This document shows positions 23,601-32,074 of a DNA stretch of 64,000 nucleotides, in pieces. A program made the translations under genes and the position numbers. The stretch covers positions 17,687 through 81,686 of the forward strand of contig JAKFCD010000004.1 in assembly GCA_036676805.1 (NCBI GenBank), in the 5' to 3' direction. The notes beneath the pieces were generated by a model. It did not search any database. It was given only the letters and a program-made list of their open reading frames with translations, and was not told the origin of the DNA. Source of the DNA: Elusimicrobiota bacterium (GTDB taxonomy: Bacteria; Elusimicrobiota; Elusimicrobia; UBA1565; UBA9628). How positions within the stretch are numbered: position 1 is the first letter of the stretch; every line of letters starts with the position of its first letter.

Positions 23601-26285
23601 CTGCGCGACGCGGCCGGCTCCGAGCTCAATCGCCTGCGGTACTCCGTCGCCGGCCACGGGAACCTGTCGCGCAGCCTCGAGAGGAACGCCGAGCTGCAGC
23701 TGCGGCTGGAGAAGACCGATTACGCGCCGGGGGAGCTCGTGAAGATGCAGATCAAGGCGCCTTACTCCGGGGCCGGCCTGATCTCGATAGAGCGCGACAA
23801 GGTGCACGCTCATAAATGGTTCCAGGCCTCGGCCAGCGCCTCGACGCAGAGCATACGGCTTCCCGACGGCGTCGAGGGCAACGCCTACGTGACGGTGACC
23901 TTCCTGCGCGCGCCGGACTCCCGGGAGATCTTCATGAACCCGCTCTCCCACGGCGTCGCCGCGTTCAGCGTGAGCCGCGCGCGCCGCGAGCTCCCGGTGA
24001 CGCTCGATGCGCCGGAGACCCTCAAGCCCGGGAAAAAGGTCTCGCTGCGGGTGAAGACCCCGCGCCGGGCGCGCGTCGCGGTATTCGCCTCCGACGAGGG
24101 CATACTCCAGGCCGCGGGCTGGAGGACGCCGGATCCCCTGGCGCATTTCCTGCGCAAGCGCGCCCTGGAGGTCCGCACTTATCAGCTGCTCGACCTGCTG
24201 CTCCCCGAATACCGCCTGTCGATGTCCGTCATGGCGCCGGGCGGCGACAAGGACGGCTGGGACGCGGCCGGCAAGAACCTCAACCCGTTCAAGCGCCGCC
24301 GCGACAAGCCCGCGGTGTTCTGGTCGGGGATCGTCGAGACGGGCCCGGAAGGCAAGGAGGTCTCCTTCCTCGTGCCCGACTCCTTCAACGGGACCTTGCG
24401 CGTCACCGCCGTCGCCGTCGAGCCGTCGGCGATCGGCGTCGCGCAGAGGACAGTGCTCGTGCGCCAGGCCATCGTGCTCTCCCCCAACGCCCCCCTCTTC
24501 GTCGCCCCCGGCGACGAGTTCGAGGCGAGCGTGGCGGTCGCCAACGGCGTGAAGGGGTCGGGCCCGGGCGCCGTCGGCCGCGTGACGCTCAAGACCTCCG
24601 GACACCTCGAGGTCTTAGGCGGGAGCGTCAGGCTCGTGCCCGTCGGCGAGAACCGCGAGGCCGTCGCGGTGTTCCGCCTCCGCTCCCGCCCCGCGCTGGG
24701 CGCCGCGCTGCTGACCTTCGAGACGACCGTCTCCTCGGAGACGGCCCGGCGCGAGATATCGCTGAGCGTGCGTCCCTCGATGCCTTACCGGGTGACGCTC
24801 GACACGGGCCATCTCGAGGCCGGGCGCCGGGAATCGCCGGCCCCGCGCAAGCTCTACCCGTCCTTCCGGACGCTCGAGGTCTCGGTCTCCCCCGTTCCGC
24901 TCGTCCTCGCCAAGGGCCTCCTCCAATATCTGCGGAGCTATCCGTACGGCTGCACCGAGCAGGTCCTCAGCCAGACCTTCCCCGCCCTGATCCTTCGCCG
25001 CCGCCCGGAGTTCGGGTACGCGCCCGCGACCGTGGAGGCGAACCTCGCGCGCGCGGTCGACATCCTGCGCTCGCGACAGAACGAGGACGGCGCGTTCGGC
25101 ATGTGGGCGGCCAATTCCCACGTCTCGCCCTTCCAGGCCGTTTACGCGGCGCATTTCCTGACCGAGGCCAAAGAGCTGGGCTACGCCGCGCCTCCCGAAC
25201 TGTTGGAACGCTCGCTGGTCTACCTCAACGCGGTCGCCGCCGGCGAACCCGGCATCGACGCGCCGCCGCGCGTGCGCGCCTACGCGGTCTACGTGCTGAC
25301 CCGCAACGGGCGCGTCACCACGCCGCTGATCGACGCGCTGCGCGCGCGCTTCGACAAGGACGCAGTCGGGGCCTGGAAGAAAGATCTGACCGCGGCCTAC
25401 CTCGCGTCCTCCTATTCGATGCTCCACCTCGACGGCCCGGCCGAGGTCCTCATGAAGGGCGTGTCGACCGGCGAACCGAGAACGCCGGATTGGGAGTGGT
25501 TCTACGACGATTCGATCCACGAGGCGCAGTATCTGTACCTGCTCGCCCGGCATTTCCCGGCGAGGCTGGCGGCCCTCGACGCGGACGCCGTGCTCCGCGT
25601 CGTTGCGCCCCTGCAGCGCGGGAGCTACAACTCGCTCTCGGCCGCGTACTCCATACTCGCCCTCGACGCGTACGCGGCGGCGGCCGGGGAGCTCAAGCCC
25701 GGCGAGGCGCGCGTCGAGGAGGTCCTCGAGGCGGGCGGCCGGCGCGCGCTGGCGCTGCCTCCGGGGCTGTTCGCGAAAGCCGGGTTCACGCCGGCGGCGA
25801 AGGCGGTCTCGGTGGAGAACCTGTCCCCGCGCCGCCTGTTCTATCAGACGACCCAGTCGGGCTACGACCTCGCCGTCCCGGCGGCGCCGGTGCGCCGCAA
25901 GCTCGAGGTTCTCCGCGAGATTCTCGACGACACGGGCCGCGCCGTGACGACGGCCGAGCTCGGCCGCGACTACACGGTGCGGCTGCGCGTGCGCTCGCTC
26001 GACGGCGCCCATGTCCCGAACCTCGCGGTGGTCGATCTCGCGCCGGGCGGCTTCGAGCCCTCGTGGAGAGACCGGTCCGACGGGCCCGCGGGGGTCGATT
26101 ATCAGGACATCCGCGAGGATCGCGTGCTGTTCTTCGGCTCGGCGGGCGCGAGCGTCCTCGAGCTGACCTACCGCCTCAAGGCCTCCGGCCGCGGGACCTT
26201 CATCGTCCCGCCGCCGTTCGCCGAATCGATGTATGACCGCTCGGTCTCCGCGCTCGGCTCCTCCGGCTCCATCGAGGTCCGATGA
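20649..26285 (+). CDS. Bacterial alpha-2-macroglobulin family protein (YfhM-like) with an intact thioester
   Basis: 1878 aa with an N-terminal membrane anchor. Repeated macroglobulin/Ig-like domains are present. The thioester CxEQ motif occurs as YPYGCTEQVLSQTF. It is translationally coupled (ATGA) to pbpC. Confidence 0.9.
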   Translation: MDTTGALRRWFQGPGGPIRSASSLLALFLVLVAVHEWTSSRPRPRLLSWSASGPGPTPLKDGARPEPVRIAFSDSAAKLEDIGRPVARGIALSPRTRGTWSWASGRELVFTPDEDWPAGRTYTVRFDKGFFPDHVRLQTLEGRFVTAPFSATLASSEFHVDPRDPALKRVAATFRFSHPVDADAFEKRLTMIMSGQKQGLFDRDRVPHKFTVAYDKFHGEAYVASRPLPIPIEAATMEIAAAAGVSPARGGPKTSAPLSAAVRVPGMYDYFRIESARAELVRNERLEPEQVLIVSASGGVGEKELAAGLQAWILPADRPAAPGRLLQRNHPWSDPSEVGPETLARSTAAALAPIAAEREHPSAHSFKLRAPPGAALYVKARRGLVAYGGYVQAKDFDAVVRLPGFPREIKILHQGALLRLSGEKKLSLYSLGEGAVRLEAGRVRPSQLNHLASQTEGDFSKPSFRGWTFGQDDITERFEEVRRFGRVEPDRLHFFAFDFAPHLQSPASGTRNGLFFLRAEGWDAEHKRATGPADTRFILITDLGVLVKENADASRDAFVQSLATGEPVPGARVEVVGVNGLPIASAATDAAGRARLPDLSGFKRERRPAAFVVRSGEDLSFLPFDRQDRRLDVSRFDVGGDSTRGRERELSAFLFSDRGLYRPGEAFHAGIIVRPAVWGQDLAGVPLEVSVLDPRGLEVKKVKLPLSAAGFETIDYQTQENGLTGSFTVCVYIVKDGRRGALLGSTTVRVEEFLPDRLRITARFSEERTEGWVSPKDLKAAISLRNLFGAPAEGRRVSGRIRLSPAAPAFKAFAGYAFFDPSEAKKSFTESLDDAKTDADGAASFDMLLERFAEGTYRLELTAEGFEAEGGRGVAAQAAVLVSPRPYLIGLKADGDLRYVPRGSTRAVTAAAVGPEGRAVAASSITLQLVEERWVSALVKGNDGLHRYQSVRKELFVSSRALNLPASPRTVRLDVSSPGDYALVLRDAAGSELNRLRYSVAGHGNLSRSLERNAELQLRLEKTDYAPGELVKMQIKAPYSGAGLISIERDKVHAHKWFQASASASTQSIRLPDGVEGNAYVTVTFLRAPDSREIFMNPLSHGVAAFSVSRARRELPVTLDAPETLKPGKKVSLRVKTPRRARVAVFASDEGILQAAGWRTPDPLAHFLRKRALEVRTYQLLDLLLPEYRLSMSVMAPGGDKDGWDAAGKNLNPFKRRRDKPAVFWSGIVETGPEGKEVSFLVPDSFNGTLRVTAVAVEPSAIGVAQRTVLVRQAIVLSPNAPLFVAPGDEFEASVAVANGVKGSGPGAVGRVTLKTSGHLEVLGGSVRLVPVGENREAVAVFRLRSRPALGAALLTFETTVSSETARREISLSVRPSMPYRVTLDTGHLEAGRRESPAPRKLYPSFRTLEVSVSPVPLVLAKGLLQYLRSYPYGCTEQVLSQTFPALILRRRPEFGYAPATVEANLARAVDILRSRQNEDGAFGMWAANSHVSPFQAVYAAHFLTEAKELGYAAPPELLERSLVYLNAVAAGEPGIDAPPRVRAYAVYVLTRNGRVTTPLIDALRARFDKDAVGAWKKDLTAAYLASSYSMLHLDGPAEVLMKGVSTGEPRTPDWEWFYDDSIHEAQYLYLLARHFPARLAALDADAVLRVVAPLQRGSYNSLSAAYSILALDAYAAAAGELKPGEARVEEVLEAGGRRALALPPGLFAKAGFTPAAKAVSVENLSPRRLFYQTTQSGYDLAVPAAPVRRKLEVLREILDDTGRAVTTAELGRDYTVRLRVRSLDGAHVPNLAVVDLAPGGFEPSWRDRSDGPAGVDYQDIREDRVLFFGSAGASVLELTYRLKASGRGTFIVPPPFAESMYDRSVSALGSSGSIEVR

Positions 26286-28600
26286 AGCGCCGCTTGGCCG
26301 CCGGCGCCGCCCTCCTGGCCCTGCTCGCGGCACCCTTCCTGCCCCCGCTGCCCCGTCCCGCGCCGCTGCGCGAGGGCATTCCCTTCTCGCGCGCCGTGTA
26401 CGCGCGCGACGGCCGCCTCCTGCGGCTGACCTTGGCGGCCGACGGGCGCTACCGCCTCTGGGTGCCGCTGCGCGAGATGTCCCCCGTCCTCGTGGAGGCG
26501 ACCTTGCTGCACGAGGACCGGCGCTTCCGCCTCCACCCCGGCGTGGACCCCGCGTCGCTGCTGCGCTCGGCGTGGACGACCTACGTCGCGCGGACGCGCC
26601 GCCGGGGAGCCTCGACCATCACGATGCAGCTGGCCCGCCTCAAGTACGGACTCGACTCGAGCCGGCCCGCGGGGAAGGCGGTCCAGATACTGTGCGCGCT
26701 GCGGCTCGAGCTGCTGTACTCCAAGGACCGCATCCTCGAGGCCTACCTCAACCTGGTCCCCTACGGCGGGAACATCGAGGGGGCCGGCGCGGCGAGCTTC
26801 GCCTATTTCGGCAAGGACGTGTCCCGCCTCGAGCTGAGCGAGGCGATCACGCTCGCCGTGATTCCCCAGAATCCGGTCCGCCGCACGATGACCCGATCGG
26901 AGAGAGCGAGCCGGCGCACCCTCGAGGAGGCGCGCCGCCGCCTGTTCGCCCGCTGGCTCGCCCTCCACCCCGAAGACTCCCGCCGGAGCGCCGCCCTGGA
27001 GGCGCCGTGGGAGGCGCGCGGCCCGCGGACGCTCCCGTTCGGCGCGCCTCATTTCACGCGCCGCGTGCTCGCCCGGAGCCGCGACGAGCGCGTCGTGACG
27101 ACCTTGGACCTCGACGCGCAGCGGCTGCTCGAGCGGCTCGTGGCCGGCCATGTCGAACGGCGCCGCGACCAGGGCATCCGCAACGCGGCGGCGCTGCTCG
27201 TCGACTTCACCTCGATGGAGATCGTCGCCGCCGTCGGCTCGGCCGGCTACGGCGACGCGGGCATACTCGGGCAGGTGAGCGCGCTGACCGCGCGGCGCTC
27301 CCCGGGCTCGGCGCTGAAGCCCTTCGCCTACGCGCTCGCTTTCGAGCAGGGGCTCATCCACCCCCAGACTTTGCTCAAGGACGCGCCCACCGCCTTCGGC
27401 GTCTATGATCCGGAGAATTTCGACGGGGATTTCGCGGGCCCGCTTCCCGCGCGGGAAGCGCTGGCCAAGAGCCGGAACATCCCCGCGGTGACCTTGGCGT
27501 CGAAGCTCGCCCCGCCGGGGCTCTACGGCTTCCTGAAGTCGGCGGGCGTCGATCTGCCCCGCCCCGCCGAGCACTACGGCCTCGGACTCGTGCTCGGCAC
27601 CGGCGAGACGAGCATGGAGGACCTGGCGCGGCTCTACGCGATGCTCGGCAACGGCGGCGAGCTCAAGCCGCTGCGCCGCGCGTCCTCCGATCCGAGGGGA
27701 CCGGGCGCGCGGCTGCTTTCGCCGGACGCGGTCTTCCTCACGATGGACGCCCTCCGGTCCAATCCGCGGCCGCTCCAGTCCTTCCGCGAGGACTGGCGCG
27801 CGGGGGCGCTCCCGGTGTATTGGAAAACCGGCACCTCCTGGGCCTTCCGGGATGCCTGGGCCGCGGGAGTCTTCGGCCGCTACGCGCTCGTCGTGTGGAT
27901 CGGAGACTTCCGCGGGGAAAGCAATCCCGCATTCGTCGGCGCGGAGGCCGCCGCACCCTTGTTCTTCGACATCGCCGACGCGCTTCAGGCGCGCGGGCCG
28001 CCGCGCGACGAGTACGCGCTGGGCCAGGCCGGGCTGAAGGCCGTCTCCCTCGAGGTCTGCGCCTTGTCGGGCGCGGCCCCGGGGCCGCTCTGCCCGCGCC
28101 GCGCGAAGACCTGGTTCATCCCGGGCGTCTCGCCGATCGCGGCGTGCGAGGTGCACCGCGAGATCCTCGTCGACGAGCGCTCGGGACGCCGGGCCTGCGG
28201 CCATGCCGGCGCCCGGGCGGAGGTGTTCGAATTCTGGCCGTCCGACCTTCTGCGCATCTTCCGTCAGGCCGGCATCCCGCGGCGAACGCCCCCCGCCTAC
28301 GACCCCGCCTGCGGCCTGACCGACCGCTCCGGCCGCGGGGCGCCGCCGCGCATCACCTCGCCGTTGTCCGGAGTGACCTACCACGCGACCGCCGCCGATC
28401 CGGGGCCGATCCCGCTGTCGGCCGTGGCCGACGCCGACGCGACCGAGCTGTACTGGTTCGCCGATGGCGCTTTGCTCGGGCGAGCGCTCGCCGGCAAGCC
28501 CCTGTTCTGGACGCCCCGGCCGGGACGCAGCACCGTGCGCGTCGTGGACGACCAGGGCCGCGGGGACGCGCGGGACGTCGAGGTCGCGTTCAGCGAGTAG
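26282..28600 (+). CDS. pbpC: Penicillin-binding protein 1C (GT51 transglycosylase and transpeptidase)
   Basis: 772 aa. GT51 motifs EDRRFRLHPG, GASTITMQLAR and RILEAYLNLVPYGG are present, as are the transpeptidase motifs SALK, SRN and KTGTS. Confidence 0.9.
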   Translation: MKRRLAAGAALLALLAAPFLPPLPRPAPLREGIPFSRAVYARDGRLLRLTLAADGRYRLWVPLREMSPVLVEATLLHEDRRFRLHPGVDPASLLRSAWTTYVARTRRRGASTITMQLARLKYGLDSSRPAGKAVQILCALRLELLYSKDRILEAYLNLVPYGGNIEGAGAASFAYFGKDVSRLELSEAITLAVIPQNPVRRTMTRSERASRRTLEEARRRLFARWLALHPEDSRRSAALEAPWEARGPRTLPFGAPHFTRRVLARSRDERVVTTLDLDAQRLLERLVAGHVERRRDQGIRNAAALLVDFTSMEIVAAVGSAGYGDAGILGQVSALTARRSPGSALKPFAYALAFEQGLIHPQTLLKDAPTAFGVYDPENFDGDFAGPLPAREALAKSRNIPAVTLASKLAPPGLYGFLKSAGVDLPRPAEHYGLGLVLGTGETSMEDLARLYAMLGNGGELKPLRRASSDPRGPGARLLSPDAVFLTMDALRSNPRPLQSFREDWRAGALPVYWKTGTSWAFRDAWAAGVFGRYALVVWIGDFRGESNPAFVGAEAAAPLFFDIADALQARGPPRDEYALGQAGLKAVSLEVCALSGAAPGPLCPRRAKTWFIPGVSPIAACEVHREILVDERSGRRACGHAGARAEVFEFWPSDLLRIFRQAGIPRRTPPAYDPACGLTDRSGRGAPPRITSPLSGVTYHATAADPGPIPLSAVADADATELYWFADGALLGRALAGKPLFWTPRPGRSTVRVVDDQGRGDARDVEVAFSE

Positions 28601-28601
28601 C

Positions 28602-29033
28602 TTACGCGGGGATGGAAACGGGCGCGGACCGGCGCGAGACGATCATCATGTTGACGCGCACGGCGAAGCCCTCGTCCTGCTGGAGGACGCGGCGGAAGGA
28701 CTCCTGGGGGATCAAGAGGACCTCGGCGCCGGCCGCGGAGGCCTTGATCGTCGCCCCCGCCGTGCCCATCTCGACGATGGACATCTCGCCGAACACCTCG
28801 CCCGAGCCGAGCCCGGCGACGCGGACCATGGTCTTGTTCGAGGCTTTCACGAACACGTCCGCCCCTCCCGATACGACGACGTGAAGGCCGTCGACGGTCG
28901 CGCCCTTGAAGAGGATGGTCTGGCCCGGCCGGAACGACAGCAGCTCGGAGGCCCGCGCCAAGGCGGCCAGGTTCTCCTCGTTCACGCCGGCGAACAGCGC
29001 GACGTGGTCGCGCAGATAGGTCAGGGCATCCAT
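28602..29033 (-). CDS. Stand-alone cyclic-nucleotide-binding-like (CAP_ED) domain protein, paralog 2
   Basis: 143 aa with a beta-roll fold and an FGE motif, but the phosphate-binding-cassette Arg is replaced (FGEMSIVEMGTAGATIK). It converges on pbpC with only 1 nt between the two stop codons. Confidence 0.65.
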   Translation of the reverse strand: MDALTYLRDHVALFAGVNEENLAALARASELLSFRPGQTILFKGATVDGLHVVVSGGADVFVKASNKTMVRVAGLGSGEVFGEMSIVEMGTAGATIKASAAGAEVLLIPQESFRRVLQQDEGFAVRVNMMIVSRRSAPVSIPA

Positions 29034-29099
29034 GACGCTTATGATAGCGCGGCGGCCGCCGCCCGCCCAGGGCCTTTTGGTCCCATGGACTTGGGCCCC

Positions 29100-29519
29100 C
29101 TACGGCGCCTTGCGCGAGGCGATCAGGGCCTTCACCCGGACCACGAAGTCCGGGTTCTCGCGGAGCAGGACACGAAAGGCGTCCTGGGGGATGTTCAGGA
29201 CGAAGGTGCCGTCCTCGACGCACTTGATCGTCGCTCCGGCGGTGCCGTTCTCGATGATCGAGGTCTCCCCGAACACGTCGCCGCTGGCGAGCTCGGCGAC
29301 CTGGACCGCCGGCTGGGTCGGAGGCTTGACGAAGACGCCGGCCTTTCCCACGGCCATGACATGAAGCCCGTCGACGGTGGCGCCCTTGAACATGATGGTC
29401 TGCCCGCTCTTGTACGAGCTGAGCGTCGACACAGTGGCCAGCGCCGTCAGGTGCTCCTCGGAGACGCCGGCGAACAAGTCCACGCGTTCGCGCAAAAAGG
29501 TCAGGGCATCCATCCTCAT
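29100..29519 (-). CDS. Stand-alone cyclic-nucleotide-binding-like (CAP_ED) domain protein, paralog 1
   Basis: 139 aa and roughly 55% identical to the paralog at 28602-29033. It shows the same FGETSIIENGTAGATIK variant. Confidence 0.65.
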   Translation of the reverse strand: MRMDALTFLRERVDLFAGVSEEHLTALATVSTLSSYKSGQTIMFKGATVDGLHVMAVGKAGVFVKPPTQPAVQVAELASGDVFGETSIIENGTAGATIKCVEDGTFVLNIPQDAFRVLLRENPDFVVRVKALIASRKAP

Positions 29520-29560
29520 ACCTTAACAAAACCGACGCGTGCCTTTGTTAGACTTAAGCG

Positions 29561-31027
29561 ATGATCGATCCGGGGCGTTTGTTCATGTTCGGGGCCTACG
29601 GCCTCAAGCCGTCGCGCCAGACCGCGTCCCTGTTCAAGTCGACGGGGGCCACCGGCCTGCTGCTGCTCGCGCGCAACATCGAGACGCCCGCGCAAACCAA
29701 GGCCTTCGTGACCGAGCTCGAGCAGCGTCTCGGCCGCCCCCTGCTCGTCGCGATCGACCACGAAGGCGGTTGGGTGCTGCGTTTTAAAAGCGGGGTCACG
29801 CCGTTTCCGGGGAACGCGGCCCTGGGACGCGCCCGCGATCCCAAGCTGGCCTACGCCGTGGGGAGGCAGATGGCGCGCGAGCTGGCGCCGCTGGGCATCC
29901 GCATGAATCTGGCGCCGGTGCTCGACGTGGCGACGAAGGCCTACAACCCGGGCATCGGGATCAGGTCCTTCGGAGACGACCCGGCGCTGGCCTCCCGCCT
30001 GGGCGCGGCCGTCATCCGCGGCATGCAGGACAACGGGGTATCCGCCTGCGCGAAGCACTTCCCGGGCAAGGGCGCGGCGACCGTCGACGCGCATGTCGAT
30101 CTGCCGACGATCAAGCTGCCGCGCGCGGCGTTTCAGCGCGTCCATCTGGCGCCCTTCCGCGCGGCCTGCGCCGCGGGCGTGGACGCGGTCATGACCTCGC
30201 ACGTCCGCTTCCCCGCCTTCGACAAGGAGGTGGCGACCTTCTCGACGAAAATCGTCCGGGACGTCCTGCGCGGCGAGCTCGGCTACGACGGCCTGGTCGT
30301 CAGCGACGATCTGTGCATGGGCGCCGTCACCAAGCGCTGGCCGGTCGCCGAGGCCACGCTGAAGTGCCTCGACGCCGGCCACGACGTGCTGATGATCGCC
30401 CACGACCTGCAGGGGATGACGGACGCCGTCGAGCTCCTGCGCCAGGCCGGGGCGCCCGAGGAGCGGCTGTCCGCCGCCGACGCGCGCATCACCCGCCTGC
30501 TTCATCGCCGCCAGGCGCCCGCCGCCAGGCTTTCCGACGGCGCCGCGCTGTCCGCCCGGATCGCGGTCAAGGCCGTCGTCGTCGTTCGCCGGGGCGAAAC
30601 CGCCCTCCCCGTGCCCCTGTCCCCCGGCACTCTCGTCGTGGTCCCCGATTTTCGCGAGGTGAAGGACCGCTTCACCTTCGAGGGCGGCCCCGGCGGTCCC
30701 GAGGCTCTCGTGCGCCGCCTAGCGCGAGGCTGCGCGTTCGCCCGCGCGCCGATCGTCGGGACGGACCTCGGCCGTCTTCCCGAGCTGGCGCGCCGGGCGA
30801 AACGCGTGCTTTTATTGTGCTTCGAGGCCGCGCGCTTCCCCGGCCAGGCGGCCGCCCTGCGCCTGCTCGCCGGGACGGCCGCGGCCAAAACCGCCGCCGT
30901 CCTGATCCGTTCTTCCCGGGATCTCGACCTTTGCCCCAAGACGATGACCGTCGTGGACGCCGCCGGCTACCGCCTCGTCAGCCTCGAGGCGGCGCTGTCC
31001 CGGACCTTGTCCCGGAGAAAATCATGA
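29561..31027 (+). CDS. nagZ: Beta-N-acetylhexosaminidase (GH3, NagZ-like)
   Basis: 488 aa. The KHFPGKG and VSDDLCMGA motifs are present, together with a GH3 N-terminal domain. Confidence 0.85.
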   Translation: MIDPGRLFMFGAYGLKPSRQTASLFKSTGATGLLLLARNIETPAQTKAFVTELEQRLGRPLLVAIDHEGGWVLRFKSGVTPFPGNAALGRARDPKLAYAVGRQMARELAPLGIRMNLAPVLDVATKAYNPGIGIRSFGDDPALASRLGAAVIRGMQDNGVSACAKHFPGKGAATVDAHVDLPTIKLPRAAFQRVHLAPFRAACAAGVDAVMTSHVRFPAFDKEVATFSTKIVRDVLRGELGYDGLVVSDDLCMGAVTKRWPVAEATLKCLDAGHDVLMIAHDLQGMTDAVELLRQAGAPEERLSAADARITRLLHRRQAPAARLSDGAALSARIAVKAVVVVRRGETALPVPLSPGTLVVVPDFREVKDRFTFEGGPGGPEALVRRLARGCAFARAPIVGTDLGRLPELARRAKRVLLLCFEAARFPGQAAALRLLAGTAAAKTAAVLIRSSRDLDLCPKTMTVVDAAGYRLVSLEAALSRTLSRRKS

Positions 31028-32064
31028 TCACCGCCCTGCTCGTAGCACTGCTGCTCGCCGGCTCCCCGCTGCGGGCCGCGGAGCCCCTCCACGGGGCGCC
31101 CGTGGCCGCGCCCAGCGTGACCGTCCTCAAGGACCGCTTCATCGAGGCCGTCAACGCCGCGGAGCGCACCCGCATACTCGATCAGATCGCCCGGACGGCG
31201 CCCCGAACGGGCCAGGACGTGGCGCATCTCTTCGACCTGTTCTCCCGGTTCACCGACGCGTACACGCGCGACTCGGTGATGTCCTCCTTGGCGCGTCTCG
31301 AGCCCGGCAGCCCCCAGCTCGAGCCCCTGTTCATGACCTACCTGCGCCAGCCGGAGCCCGAGGCCCAGCTTTTCGGCGTCAACGGCGCCTTCCGCCTGCG
31401 ATCCCGGGTCGCCTTGCCCATGATCCGCGAAATCGCCGCGCGCAAGTTCGGCGCCAGCAGCGTCACCGAGAACAACATGATGACGGAGCGCAACTCCTGG
31501 TGGACGCAGTACGAGGCCCTGTCGGTGCTGGCGCAATGGGAGCCGGAAAAATCCTATTCGCTCCTCGAGAGAAAGGGGCTGGAAAGCGCCAAGGTCGGCA
31601 CCTTGCTCGGCCGCTACTACTGGAAGAAGACCTTGCCCAAGCTGAAGGGCTGGAGCCAGTCCGGCAACCTGATCGCGACCGAGCGCGCGGCGCTGGCGGC
31701 CGCGGCCCCGATCGACCTCGCCGACGCCCGCGATACCCGCGAGCAGATGCTGAACCTGCTCCGCGACCCCAAGCTCGACCACGAGATCCGCCGGCACATG
31801 GCGCTCAAGATCGGCGTCTCCTCGACCGACGAGGAAGCCGCGGCGCTCGCCGAGGAGCATGACGCCGTCAAGGACGACACCGAGCGCCTGTATTGGGTCA
31901 CCGCGGCCTTCAGCACGCGCAGCCCCAAGGTCATCCCCCTGCTCGTGAGGTACGCCCGCCAAAAGGAGGATGACGCGATGAGGAAGGGGGCGACCCTCCA
32001 GCTCATCGACATGGTCGGCGAGGCCGAGGCCAAGAAGCTCGTCGAGCCCGAAAAAATTAAGTAA
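31024..32064 (+). CDS. Secreted alpha-helical (HEAT-like repeat) hypothetical protein
   Basis: 346 aa from MITALLVALLLAGSPLRAAEP (signal peptide). ATGA overlap with the nagZ stop. The upstream part of the 583-aa track ORF is rejected because it is Arg/Pro-rich and overlaps nagZ. Confidence 0.5.
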   Translation: MITALLVALLLAGSPLRAAEPLHGAPVAAPSVTVLKDRFIEAVNAAERTRILDQIARTAPRTGQDVAHLFDLFSRFTDAYTRDSVMSSLARLEPGSPQLEPLFMTYLRQPEPEAQLFGVNGAFRLRSRVALPMIREIAARKFGASSVTENNMMTERNSWWTQYEALSVLAQWEPEKSYSLLERKGLESAKVGTLLGRYYWKKTLPKLKGWSQSGNLIATERAALAAAAPIDLADARDTREQMLNLLRDPKLDHEIRRHMALKIGVSSTDEEAAALAEEHDAVKDDTERLYWVTAAFSTRSPKVIPLLVRYARQKEDDAMRKGATLQLIDMVGEAEAKKLVEPEKIK

Positions 32065-32074
32065 AATAAGCTTT

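Noticed and set aside
20094-24605. Minus-strand ORFs (597 aa and 891 aa) antisense to the alpha-2-macroglobulin gene
   Set aside because: They are low-complexity Arg/Gly/Asp-rich GC shadows. The + strand encodes a continuous 1878-aa A2M with the CTEQ thioester.
24615-28384. Minus-strand ORFs (572 aa and 738 aa) antisense to the A2M 3' end and pbpC
   Set aside because: Same GC-shadow signature. pbpC motifs (GT51, SxxK, SRN, KTG) are intact on the + strand.
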